From positions 727,184 through 791,183 of the forward strand of contig CAWGRU010000004.1 in the NCBI GenBank assembly GCA_963825065.1: a stretch of 64,000 bases of DNA. The letters run 5' to 3'. Source of the DNA: an uncultured Gemmatimonadales bacterium (lineage in GTDB: Bacteria; Gemmatimonadota; Gemmatimonadetes; Gemmatimonadales; GWC2-71-9). Shown piece after piece: positions 47,293-55,129 of this stretch (within the stretch, counting starts at the first letter, position 1; every line of letters begins with the position of its first letter). A model generated the notes under the pieces. It had not been told where the DNA came from. It ran no database searches and worked only from the letters and a program-made list of their open reading frames with translations. Made by a program: the position numbers and the translations under genes.

Positions 47293-48345
47293 CTACGCGG
47301 CGAAGCTGGCGAGCGCGCGTCCCACGTCGCCCTCGCGCAGCCGCTTGAGCGCGCGGTCCCGGAGCTGGCGGACCCGCTCGCGAGTGACGCCCAGCATGCC
47401 GCCGATCTCCTCGAGGGTGTGCTCCCGCCCGCCGTCGAGCCCGAAGTACAGCCGCAGCACCTTGGCGTCGCGGGCAGGGAGGGTGGCGAGGGCGCCTTCG
47501 ATCTCGTCGGTGAGGAACCGGTCCATCGCCTGTTCTTCGGCGTCGGAGTGGTCGTCGGCGATGAAGCGATCGATGAGCGAGCGATCGCCGTCGGGATCGA
47601 GCGGGGCGTCGAGCCGGACCTCGGCGGTGTTCAGAGCGGCGAGCGACTGCACCACTTCGAGTGAAAGCCCGGTAGACTTGGCGATCTCCTCCGGAGTCGG
47701 CTCGCGGCGCAATTCCTGGCGCAGGGTCTCCGCGGTGCGCACGATGCGCGACAGGTCGGCGGTCCGGTTGAGCGGCACCCGCACAGTGCGGCCCTGGCGC
47801 GCGAGCGAGGCGAGGATTGCCTGGCGGATCCACCAGACCGCGTAGGAGATGAACTTGACGCCCTGGTCGGGATCGAACTTCCGCGCCGCGGTGAGCAGGC
47901 CGACGTTGCCCTCGCCGATCAGGTCGGTGAGGGGGAGACCCCGGTTCTGATACTTCTTGGCGACGGAGATGACGAACCGCAGGTTGCGCTTGACCAGCTC
48001 CTGCATCGCCTCGGGATCGCCCAGGCGGACCAGCTTGGCGATGGCGATCTCCTGCGGAGTGGTCAGCAGGGGTGTCTGGCTGACCTCATAGAGGTACTGG
48101 TCGAGAATATCGCGGTCGGCGTCGTAGACGCCGAGGGTCTTGGCGGTCTCCCGCCGGCTCTTCCGCGGCTTCCTGGTCGGCTGGTTGTTGATCAGGATCT
48201 GCTGGACCGGCGTGAGCGGGAGCTCCTTGCGGGGCGCCTCGGACCGGGCGGCGGCGGGCTTCTTCGCCTTGGCGGCGGATTTGGCCTTGCCGGTGACGGC
48301 TTTCGATCCCGGGCCCCTGGAACCCGACCCCGTTCGCTTCTTCAT
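47293..48345 (-). CDS. rpoD: sigma-70 family primary-like sigma factor (no acidic region 1.1; Lys/Ala-rich N-terminus)
   Basis: Regions 1.2-4.2 are present: LRFVISVAKKY, YAVWWIRQAILASLARQGRTVRVPLN, and LEEIGGMLGVTRERVRQLRDRALKRLR. Confidence 0.85.
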   Translation of the reverse strand: MKKRTGSGSRGPGSKAVTGKAKSAAKAKKPAAARSEAPRKELPLTPVQQILINNQPTRKPRKSRRETAKTLGVYDADRDILDQYLYEVSQTPLLTTPQEIAIAKLVRLGDPEAMQELVKRNLRFVISVAKKYQNRGLPLTDLIGEGNVGLLTAARKFDPDQGVKFISYAVWWIRQAILASLARQGRTVRVPLNRTADLSRIVRTAETLRQELRREPTPEEIAKSTGLSLEVVQSLAALNTAEVRLDAPLDPDGDRSLIDRFIADDHSDAEEQAMDRFLTDEIEGALATLPARDAKVLRLYFGLDGGREHTLEEIGGMLGVTRERVRQLRDRALKRLREGDVGRALASFAA

Positions 48346-48389
48346 CTCCGACCTGTACCCTCCGACGTCGCCAGAAGTTCACCCGCCAG

Positions 48390-48420
48390 TTGACATCGCC
48401 ATGAGCGGCCGAGTAGCTTG
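48390..48420 (+). promoter_or_regulatory. candidate promoter TTGACA-N18-TAGCTTG for the tRNA array
   Basis: TTGACA 48390-48395 and TAGCTT 48414-48419. The first tRNA starts at 48465. Confidence 0.45.
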
Positions 48421-48464
48421 TCGTGCTCCCCAACCGGGGGGTCAGCGGGGCGCGCTAATATAAT

Positions 48465-48537
48465 GGGGGCGTAGCTCAGTTGGGAGAGCGCGTGAATGGC
48501 ATTCACGAGGTCAGGGGTTCGATCCCCCTCGCCTCCA
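48465..48537 (+). tRNA. tRNA-Ala (GGC)
   Basis: Cloverleaf folded by hand: acceptor GGGGGCG/CGCCTCC with the G3:U70 Ala identity pair, anticodon loop ATGGCAT, T-loop TTCGATC. No encoded CCA. Confidence 0.95.
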
Positions 48538-48616
48538 CTCTCCTGCTCGCACCGTTGAATCCGCGTCGAAGGTAGTTGCGAAGAGGCCGGTCGGTCGGTA
48601 GTATCCGGCTCGTTTC

Positions 48617-48689
48617 GCGGGAATAGCTCAGTTGGTAGAGCACAACCTTGCCAAGGTTGGGGTCGCGGGTTCGAGTCCCGTTTCCCGCT
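48617..48689 (+). tRNA. tRNA-Gly (GCC)
   Basis: Acceptor GCGGGAA/TTCCCGC, anticodon loop TTGCCAA, T-loop TTCGAGT. No encoded CCA. Confidence 0.95.
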
Positions 48690-48739
48690 CTCCAGTAGGC
48701 GCCGCGATTCATGGCGGCGGTCACAGCAGAAGAATCCGT

Positions 48740-48813
48740 CGCGGGGTGGAGCAGTCTGGTAGCTCGCCGGGCTCATAACCCGGAGGTCGTGGGTTCAAAT
48801 CCCACCCCCGCTA
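48740..48813 (+). tRNA. initiator tRNA-fMet (CAT)
   Basis: CGCGGGGTGGAGCAG... with a C1/U72 mismatch, three G:C pairs closing the anticodon stem (GGG-CTCATAA-CCC), and T-loop TTCAAAT. Confidence 0.9.
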
Positions 48814-48866
48814 TTTGGCAGTCAGCGTTGTTGGGGGCGAGGCGCCGCCTCGCCCTTCCGCGTTTC

Positions 48867-48940
48867 GGGCGGTTAGCTCAGTTGGTTAGAGCGCCACGTT
48901 GACATCGTGGAGGTCACAAGTTCGAGCCTTGTACCGCCCA
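48867..48940 (+). tRNA. tRNA-Val (GAC)
   Basis: Acceptor GGGCGGT/ACCGCCC and anticodon loop TTGACAT. Confidence 0.95.
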
Positions 48941-48942
48941 TC

Positions 48943-49016
48943 GGGCCCATAGCTCAACTGGATAGAGCATCTGACTACGGATCAGAAGGTTGGGGGTTCG
49001 AATCCCTCTGGGCCCA
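48943..49016 (+). tRNA. tRNA-Arg (ACG)
   Basis: Acceptor GGGCCCA/TGGGCCC and anticodon loop CTACGGA. It starts 2 nt after tRNA-Val. Confidence 0.95.
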
Positions 49017-49047
49017 TGTGCGCCAAGGCCGGTCTTGGCGCCACCTG

Positions 49048-49121
49048 CGGGGCGTAGCGCAGCCTGGTAGCGCGCCTGCTTCGGGAGCAGGAGGCCCCGG
49101 GTTCAAATCCCGGCGCCCCGA
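49048..49121 (+). tRNA. tRNA-Pro (CGG)
   Basis: Acceptor CGGGGCG/CGCCCCG and anticodon loop TTCGGGA (G37). Confidence 0.95.
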
Positions 49122-49138
49122 TAGAACAGCACTCGACA

Positions 49139-49171
49139 CCCCGTCACGCCGCCGCGTGGCGGGGTTTCGTT
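49139..49171 (+). terminator. rho-independent terminator of the tRNA array
   Basis: CCCCGTCACG-ccgccg-CGTGGCGGGG (10 bp, one G:U pair), followed by tttcgtt. Confidence 0.55.
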
Positions 49172-49247
49172 CATCTCCCCGCGCCAGTTCGCCTTCCAAT
49201 TCGGGCGCCGACCCACCCCCCGCCCTCTCCGGTCCCGACAACGCCAG

Positions 49248-49553
49248 ATGAGTGATCGCGCCGAGCGCCTCGAGCGGATCCGGCTCCTCGCGGGACAGGC
49301 CGTGGTCTGGGTCCTGGCGCTGATCGGGATCCTGATCTCGCTGCTCCTCTACTCGCGGCTTGCAACCCGAAACCTCGGCCCGCTCAACATTCCTCTCTAT
49401 CTGGGTGCGTTGGGTCTTGGGGCCGCCGGGGCGCATGTCCTCTGGTCGGCCGCCGGCAGGCGGGTGCGGGGGACGACACGCCGGCTGCTCGGCTACTGGC
49501 CCCTCCTCCTCTATCTCGGCGCCCAGGTCTACCGCCGGACTCACCACGTCTGA
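49248..49553 (+). CDS. hypothetical small membrane protein
   Basis: 101 aa with 2-3 hydrophobic helices. Confidence 0.4.
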   Translation: MSDRAERLERIRLLAGQAVVWVLALIGILISLLLYSRLATRNLGPLNIPLYLGALGLGAAGAHVLWSAAGRRVRGTTRRLLGYWPLLLYLGAQVYRRTHHV

Positions 49554-49650
49554 TCGGGCTCGCCGCCCCGCGATCGGTTGTCTCGGGTGAGGGGCCCGGA
49601 TACGTTCACGAGGTGAAGAGTTACCCGCCGACCCGCGCCAGGACTCCCCG

Positions 49651-51093
49651 ATGAAGCGTGTCGTACTCCTGCTGGTGGATGGATTGCGCCCCGACGTTGC
49701 CGAGGCGGCGCTGGGTCGTGGCGAGCTGCCGAACCTCGCGGCGATGACCGCCGGACGCGGGGTGCAGCGCGCGATCACCGCCTTTCCTTCCACTACCAGC
49801 GTCGCATACCTGCCCTTCCTCACCGGGTGCACCCCGGGGAGCTGCAACGTGCCGAGCATCCGCTGGCTCGACCGCGAGGCGTACCGCGGCCGCTGGTGGC
49901 GGGAGCGCGATGCGGTGCGGAGCTACTGTGGCTACCAGGCGCCGCGGCTGGACGACGACATCGCGCCCGGCGTGCGCACCATCTTCGAGCTGGTGCCCGA
50001 GAGCCTCGGCATCTTCACTCCGGTGGCAAGGGGGCTGACCTCCGAGCGTGACCCCTCGCGAACAGAGCGGAAGTTCTGGGGCGCGCTGGCACACTACGCG
50101 CTGTGGCACCAGCCGTCCGACGACGCGGTCACCCGGCATCTGCTCGCGGGTGTGGACCGGAGCTGGCGGTTCATCTTTGCCCAGTTCCCGGCGGTGGACG
50201 GCTACACCCATCAGAGCACGCCGGAGGGGCCAAAAGTGCTGCGCGCGCTGCGGAAGGTGGACGACACCGTCGCCGCGCTCAGGGGCCGGCTCGCGACGCG
50301 TGGTGAACTCGAGGACACCCTCATCCTCATGGTGAGCGATCACGGCGCCACAGTGGTGGAGTCCCATCTCGATCTGGCCGACTGGTTCCGCGCCCAGGGC
50401 GTCGCGACCCTCTCGCACCCGATCATCTGGGAGCGGGAGCCGAGCGCAGCGGTGATGGTGGCGGGGAATGGATCGGCGATGGTCTATGCCCGGCCGGGTG
50501 TGCCGCGGCGCGAGCGCTGGCCGCTGGCGCAGCTGCGAGCCCGGGAGAGCTTCGGCAGCGCGCACGATGTCATCAGCGCACTCCTCCGGGAGGCGGCCGT
50601 CGGCTTTGTGGCGGCGGAAGAGGGTGAGGGCACGGTACGGGTGGCGGGGGCGGAGGGAGAGGCGCTGGTGCGGCGGGAGGGCGATCTCGTCAGCTATCGC
50701 CGTCTCACCGGCGATCCGCTGCTCCTCGGCGCCGATCCGACGCTCACCGCAGCGGAGTGGGTGGAGACCAGCTGGGACCACGCATACCCCGATGCCTGCT
50801 TCCAGCTGCTGGACCAGTTCCGCTCACCACGTACCGGCGACCTGATTGTGGTCGCCCGCGAGGGCCACGACTTCCGGAAGCGGTACGAAGTCCCGGAGCA
50901 CCTGTCGGGACATGGCAGCCTGATCCGGGCGCATATGCAGGTACCCGTCTGGGCCAGCGTCGAAGCACCGGCGTCACCGCTCCGCACGGTGGATCTCTTC
51001 CCGGCCATGCTGGAGTGGCTCGGAGTCCCGGTACCGACGGGAATCGACGGCCAGCCGGTGTGGAGCCCCGGGCGCAGCATGGCTGTTGCGTAA
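49651..51093 (+). CDS. alkaline-phosphatase-superfamily protein (nucleotide pyrophosphatase/phosphodiesterase-like)
   Basis: MKRVVLLLVDGLRPDV...FPSTTSVAYLPFLTG...SDHG...HGS. Confidence 0.8.
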   Translation: MKRVVLLLVDGLRPDVAEAALGRGELPNLAAMTAGRGVQRAITAFPSTTSVAYLPFLTGCTPGSCNVPSIRWLDREAYRGRWWRERDAVRSYCGYQAPRLDDDIAPGVRTIFELVPESLGIFTPVARGLTSERDPSRTERKFWGALAHYALWHQPSDDAVTRHLLAGVDRSWRFIFAQFPAVDGYTHQSTPEGPKVLRALRKVDDTVAALRGRLATRGELEDTLILMVSDHGATVVESHLDLADWFRAQGVATLSHPIIWEREPSAAVMVAGNGSAMVYARPGVPRRERWPLAQLRARESFGSAHDVISALLREAAVGFVAAEEGEGTVRVAGAEGEALVRREGDLVSYRRLTGDPLLLGADPTLTAAEWVETSWDHAYPDACFQLLDQFRSPRTGDLIVVAREGHDFRKRYEVPEHLSGHGSLIRAHMQVPVWASVEAPASPLRTVDLFPAMLEWLGVPVPTGIDGQPVWSPGRSMAVA

Positions 51094-51126
51094 CCAGCCC
51101 CGGCAGGCGATTTTCCCTCCCCCAAC

Positions 51127-51200
51127 GCGCCCGTAGCTCAGCTGGATAGAGCGCTTGCCTCCGGAGCAAGAGGTCGGACGTTCGAATCGTCTCGGGCGCA
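51127..51200 (+). tRNA. tRNA-Arg (CCG)
   Basis: Acceptor GCGCCCG/CGGGCGC, anticodon loop CTCCGGA, T-loop TTCGAAT. Confidence 0.95.
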
Positions 51201-51212
51201 TGCCGCAAACCG

Positions 51213-51244
51213 AAGCCCCGCCGTCCTCACGGACCGCGGGGCTT
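51213..51244. terminator. hairpin terminator between tRNA-Arg and the convergent ompA-like gene
   Basis: AAGCCCCGCCGTCC-tcac-GGACCGCGGGGCTT (one mismatch), then ggcatttct. Confidence 0.5.
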
Positions 51245-51302
51245 GGCATTTCTCGGCGATGTGAATTCCAATCAGGCCGCCGAGACAGCGGGTACTGCAG
51301 GC

Positions 51303-52778
51303 CTAGTTGGTCCTGGTCAACTCGACCCGGCGATTGGCGGCGCGGCCGGCGACGGTGGCGTTATCCGCCACCGGATTTTCCTCACCGTAGCCCTTGGCGG
51401 TCAACCGTCCGGCATCCACGCCCTTGGTGATCAGGTAGTCGCGCACCGCGTTGGCGCGGGCCTGGCTCAGGCGCACATTCGCCGCCGCGGTGCCGATGTG
51501 GTCGGTGTGCCCGGCCACTTCGACGTTCACGTCCGGATTGTCGACCAGCGACTGGGCGACCTGATCGAGAACGCCCTTCGACGACGGCAGCAGTACCGCC
51601 TTGCCGGTCTCGAAGTTCACGCCGAGCAGGACCAGCGGCTGGCTCGCCTGGAAGATCGAGGGACAGCCCTTCGAGTCGACGCTCATACCGGCGACGGTTG
51701 CAGGGCAAAGATCCCTGTCATCGGTAACGCCATCGCCATCGCTGTCGAAGGCACAGCCATACCGATCGACCTTGGTTCCTGCCGGAGTGCCCGGGCAGAC
51801 ATCGCTGGCGTCGCTGACGCCGTCACGATCGGAATCGCTCGGGCATCCCGTCGCATCCACCCCGGTCCCGGCCGGCGTGTTCGGGCACTTATCGCTCGCA
51901 TCCGCCACACCATCGCCGTCACTGTCCTTCGGGCAGCCGTTCGAGTCCACGGCCGTGCCGGCGGGCGTGTTCGGGCACCTGTCGTTTGCATCCACCACGC
52001 CGTCGCCATCGGCATCCTGCGCCAGCGGACAGCCGGCAGCATCCACGCGCGTCCCTGCCGGGGTGTTGGGGCAACGGTCGAGGTTGTCCGTTACGCCGTC
52101 ATGATCGGCATCCTTCGGCAGGCTGCAGCCGCTGGCATCGACCGCTTCCCCCGCCGGAGTATTGGGGCAGGCGTCGATCGAGTTCTTCACGCCGTCGTGG
52201 TCGCGGTCACCATCCCGCTTGGCGCCGAGCAGGATCGACAGGCCGGCCTGGCCTGCCAGGTGGAAGTTGGACTTCTTGTGCTGGACGCCGGCCACCTGCG
52301 GTGGCACGGCATCGCTCTCGGCGGTCGGGATGTAGTCCCCGACACCATCGAGGCGAAGGGCGACCACGTCCCCCAGCCCGAAGCGAACGCCGAACAACCC
52401 GCCGACACCGTCGTTCGTCTCGCGATAATTGGCCCGGAAGATGTTCCGTGCATAGCCCGCGCCCAACAGCACGGCCGCATGGTCAGTCACCGGAATGCTG
52501 TAAATGAGGCGGGCGTGAATCGGGGTGTGGCGGACGTCGAGGTTACCCTGAGTCTTGGTCCTCGTATACGTCACATCCCCCTCGATCGCCAGATTGGTCA
52601 GGAAGAACACACCCAGCCGGCCACCGACGCCGAAACGATTGTCGAAGTTGAGCTTGCTGTCGAACTTCGTGTAGCGCCCGAAGGCGCCGATTTCCACCGC
52701 TCCCGCTCTCTGGGCATGCACCGGCATCCCCCCGACCAGGACCAGCATAGCAGTCAGCAGACCAGTTCTCACACGCAT
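51303..52778 (-). CDS. OmpA-family protein: N-terminal beta-barrel, six thrombospondin type-3 Ca-binding repeats, C-terminal OmpA/peptidoglycan-binding domain
   Basis: Signal MRVRTGLLTAMLVLVGGMPVHAQ, repeats D.D.DGV.D..D.CP.TPAG..VD..GC, and C-terminal NVEVAGHTDHIGTAAANVRLSQARANAVRDYL...NRRVEL. Confidence 0.85.
   Translation of the reverse strand: MRVRTGLLTAMLVLVGGMPVHAQRAGAVEIGAFGRYTKFDSKLNFDNRFGVGGRLGVFFLTNLAIEGDVTYTRTKTQGNLDVRHTPIHARLIYSIPVTDHAAVLLGAGYARNIFRANYRETNDGVGGLFGVRFGLGDVVALRLDGVGDYIPTAESDAVPPQVAGVQHKKSNFHLAGQAGLSILLGAKRDGDRDHDGVKNSIDACPNTPAGEAVDASGCSLPKDADHDGVTDNLDRCPNTPAGTRVDAAGCPLAQDADGDGVVDANDRCPNTPAGTAVDSNGCPKDSDGDGVADASDKCPNTPAGTGVDATGCPSDSDRDGVSDASDVCPGTPAGTKVDRYGCAFDSDGDGVTDDRDLCPATVAGMSVDSKGCPSIFQASQPLVLLGVNFETGKAVLLPSSKGVLDQVAQSLVDNPDVNVEVAGHTDHIGTAAANVRLSQARANAVRDYLITKGVDAGRLTAKGYGEENPVADNATVAGRAANRRVELTRTN
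51660..52214 (-). repeat. six tandem ~90-96-nt coding repeats (TSP3 units) inside the ompA-like gene
   Basis: Periodicity is visible in the protein (six units ending ...GC(P/S/A)...). The coordinates are approximate, derived from residue counting. Confidence 0.7.
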
Positions 52779-53010
52779 AGAGCCCCCCGAAATGAACCCC
52801 AGAAACACCCTGCTTCCATTAGTTGCCACCTTGAGCCATGGCTCGCCCCGTAAGGCGCGCGCATCCCCCCGGGAGGCCACGCGGGGCGCTCCATAGGGTG
52901 TCAGGGCGTGGCTAGACCCTAGCATGGCGAACGTGTCGAAAATCTGAAGAGCGGGTGAGGGTTCTTGCGCCAACCGGGCCAGGCCCTCGCACCAGTCTCC
53001 TGTCCCCCAC

Positions 53011-53039
53011 TTGACATTTCATAAGCCATTACTTATTTA
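53011..53039 (+). promoter_or_regulatory. near-consensus promoter TTGACA-N17-TATTTA with an embedded ATAAG-N6-CTTAT palindrome (candidate ArsR operator)
   Basis: Read directly. The -10 ends 6 nt before ATG 53046, so the geometry is leaderless. This is the AT-richest spot in the window. Confidence 0.5.
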
Positions 53040-53045
53040 TTGCCC

Positions 53046-53363
53046 ATGCATCTCGAAGACACCGTCTTTCGCGCTCTCGCCGACCCCAGCCGCCGAGCCA
53101 TCTTCGAACGGCTCACCCGGGGGGAGTCCGCCGTGAAAGACCTTACCGCCTGCTTCGACATCTCGCAGCCGGCGGTCTCCCAGCACCTGGCCGCGCTCCG
53201 CAAGGCGGGGCTGGTGACCGAGCGCCGGGAGGGTCGTCTCGTCTACTACCGAGTGGAGCCCAGGGGGCTCCGGCCGCTCGTCGATTGGATCACCCATTAC
53301 CAGGCGTTCTGGCTGGAATGCCTCGACCGCCTCAACGCTCTGCTCAAGGAGATGGATGAATGA
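53046..53363 (+). CDS. ArsR/SmtB-family transcriptional regulator
   Basis: FRALADPSRRAIFERL...SAVKDLTACFDISQPAVSQHLAALRKAGLV.... An alternative TTG start exists at 53040. Confidence 0.8.
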   Translation: MHLEDTVFRALADPSRRAIFERLTRGESAVKDLTACFDISQPAVSQHLAALRKAGLVTERREGRLVYYRVEPRGLRPLVDWITHYQAFWLECLDRLNALLKEMDE

Positions 53364-53797
53364 CGGCCAGCCCGCAAACCCAGTCGATCCGGGTGGAATA
53401 CGACCTGCCCCACCCGCCCGCGAAGGTCTGGCGCACCCTGACCGAGCCGGAGCTGCTCGCGAAATGGATCATGGCCAACGACATCCGGCCGGAGGTCGGA
53501 CACCGGTTCACATTCCAGGCGGAACCGACGCCCTGGTGGGACGGGATCGTGCATTGCGAGGTGCTGGAGCTGGATCCCCCGCGGCGGCTCCGCTACTCCT
53601 GGCGGAGCGGCCCAGCGGCCTCGCCGCTCGACACCGAGGTGACCTGGACCCTCGCAGCAAGCCCGTCCGGCGGCACTCGGCTCATCCTCGACCACGCCGG
53701 CTTCCGCCCCAGCGACAAGTTCGCCTTCGACGGCGCCAACAAGGGGTGGCAGCATATGGTCGGTACCCGGCTCCCCGACGTGCTGGCGGCGCTATGA
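53360..53797 (+). CDS. SRPBCC/AHSA1-domain protein
   Basis: 145 aa: ...PPAKVWRTLTEPELLAKW.... ATGA overlap with arsR. Confidence 0.75.
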   Translation: MTASPQTQSIRVEYDLPHPPAKVWRTLTEPELLAKWIMANDIRPEVGHRFTFQAEPTPWWDGIVHCEVLELDPPRRLRYSWRSGPAASPLDTEVTWTLAASPSGGTRLILDHAGFRPSDKFAFDGANKGWQHMVGTRLPDVLAAL

Positions 53798-54228
53798 CCA
53801 CGTTTCCGCTCTCCGTAACCCGCGCCACGAAGCTGCGGGCCGCCGGCTACTGGCTCTGCACCGCGGTGATCGGATTCTCGTTTCTCTCGGGCGGGATCGG
53901 TCACCTGATGGGACTGCCGCAGGTGGTCGAAGGGATCACGCAGCTTGGCTACCCGGTCTACGTCGTCACGATCCTGGGTGTCTGGAAGCTGCTCGGCGGC
54001 GGCGCGGTGGTCCTCCCGGGCCTGCCGCTCCTCAAGGAGTGGGCCCACGCCGGGATGATCTTCGATCTGACCGGCGCCTCAGCATCACACCTCGCGTCAG
54101 GCAGCGACCTGCGCCACATCGTTGCCCCGCTGATCCTGGCCCTGCTGGCTGCCGGGTCATGGGCGCGCCGCCCCGAGAGCCGCAGGCTGAAGCGGTCAGC
54201 AGATTTCGCAGCCTTCGCAGATGCCTGA
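53794..54228 (+). CDS. DoxX-like membrane protein
   Basis: 144 aa with four hydrophobic helices. ATGA overlap with the upstream gene. Confidence 0.65.
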   Translation: MTTFPLSVTRATKLRAAGYWLCTAVIGFSFLSGGIGHLMGLPQVVEGITQLGYPVYVVTILGVWKLLGGGAVVLPGLPLLKEWAHAGMIFDLTGASASHLASGSDLRHIVAPLILALLAAGSWARRPESRRLKRSADFAAFADA

Positions 54229-54634
54229 CGACGCGTTCCCTGCCCTGCCGATCGGAGTCGTCCGCTCCTCGCTCACTTCATCGGGGAAGGCCCCCAGACA
54301 GGGGGCCGAAGGGGCACCCGACGCCTGGATCGACGTCGATGAGCGGTACGCCGGGGGGCTCGAAGGGCTCCGCGCCGGACAGGAGATCATCGTCATCACC
54401 TGGCTGCACCAGGCGAGTCGCGACGTCCTCAGGGTGCACCCTCGGGGCAACCCCGCTACTCCCCTCGCCGGGGTCTTTGCCACCCGCTCCCCCTCCCGGC
54501 CGAATCCCATCGGACTCCATCCGGTGACGATCCGCCGGATCGACGGGATCCATCTGGAAGTGGGTCCCCTCGAAGCGGTGGACGGGACGCCGGTGCTGGA
54601 TATCAAGCCGGTGCTCTCCCGGACTCCATACTAG
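54221..54634 (+). CDS. trmO: TsaA/YaeB-family tRNA methyltransferase (TrmO-like)
   Basis: IGVVRS...PRQG..., GLEGLRAGQEIIVITWLH, and RPNPIGLHPVTI...LEAVDGTPVLDIKP. Confidence 0.75.
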   Translation: MPDDAFPALPIGVVRSSLTSSGKAPRQGAEGAPDAWIDVDERYAGGLEGLRAGQEIIVITWLHQASRDVLRVHPRGNPATPLAGVFATRSPSRPNPIGLHPVTIRRIDGIHLEVGPLEAVDGTPVLDIKPVLSRTPY

Positions 54635-55129
54635 GGTCCTCCGACGGCCACGAAGTCGCGCCCAGGCTCGCGACCGGGAGCCGGTGCTGGAACGGGAGCG
54701 GGATCGTCTGGGTGAGTGCGTCGCGACGTTGTCGGCCGTGCCAACCGGGCGACGGTCCGCTCCGGGTCGCCTGACGGGGAGGAGCCCACTGCCCAGGCCT
54801 ACACCGGCCTCACGGGGTTGGGTGTCCCTGGGTGGGCGGTCCTCGACTCGCCGGCGCGGCGGGTGGCGGAGTGCTGACGCGGCCGCGGTGCCGCTGCCCT
54901 CACCAGTCTCTCACGACAGAGTTCCCGCCTTCCCGAGCTAGTGGGTTTCGCCGAAGTTCTGTTCCCATCGGCAGTTCACCGTGTCTTCAGGCTCGCTTCA
55001 TGGGTCGCCGACGACCTTGTTCGCACATTCCGGCCCAACCCGACGCTGATCCGACCCGCCTTTCCAGGCCGCCGCGCCAGGCACCCTGGGCCACTGGTTC
55101 CGAGCCACGCCGGACCGGAGGTGCAGACG

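Noticed and set aside
49172-51126. Possible genomic island bounded by tRNA genes (tRNA-Pro at 49121 and tRNA-Arg at 51127)
   Set aside because: It has no integrase, no direct repeat of a tRNA 3' end and no composition shift. It contains only a small membrane protein and an AlkP-family enzyme.
54684-54941. 85-aa ORF (MLERERDRLGECVATL...) upstream of the hydrogenase operon
   Set aside because: After about 20 residues it becomes Arg/Pro/Gly/Ser junk. It has no RBS or promoter and no recognisable family. I kept it as part of the non-coding-region observation instead.
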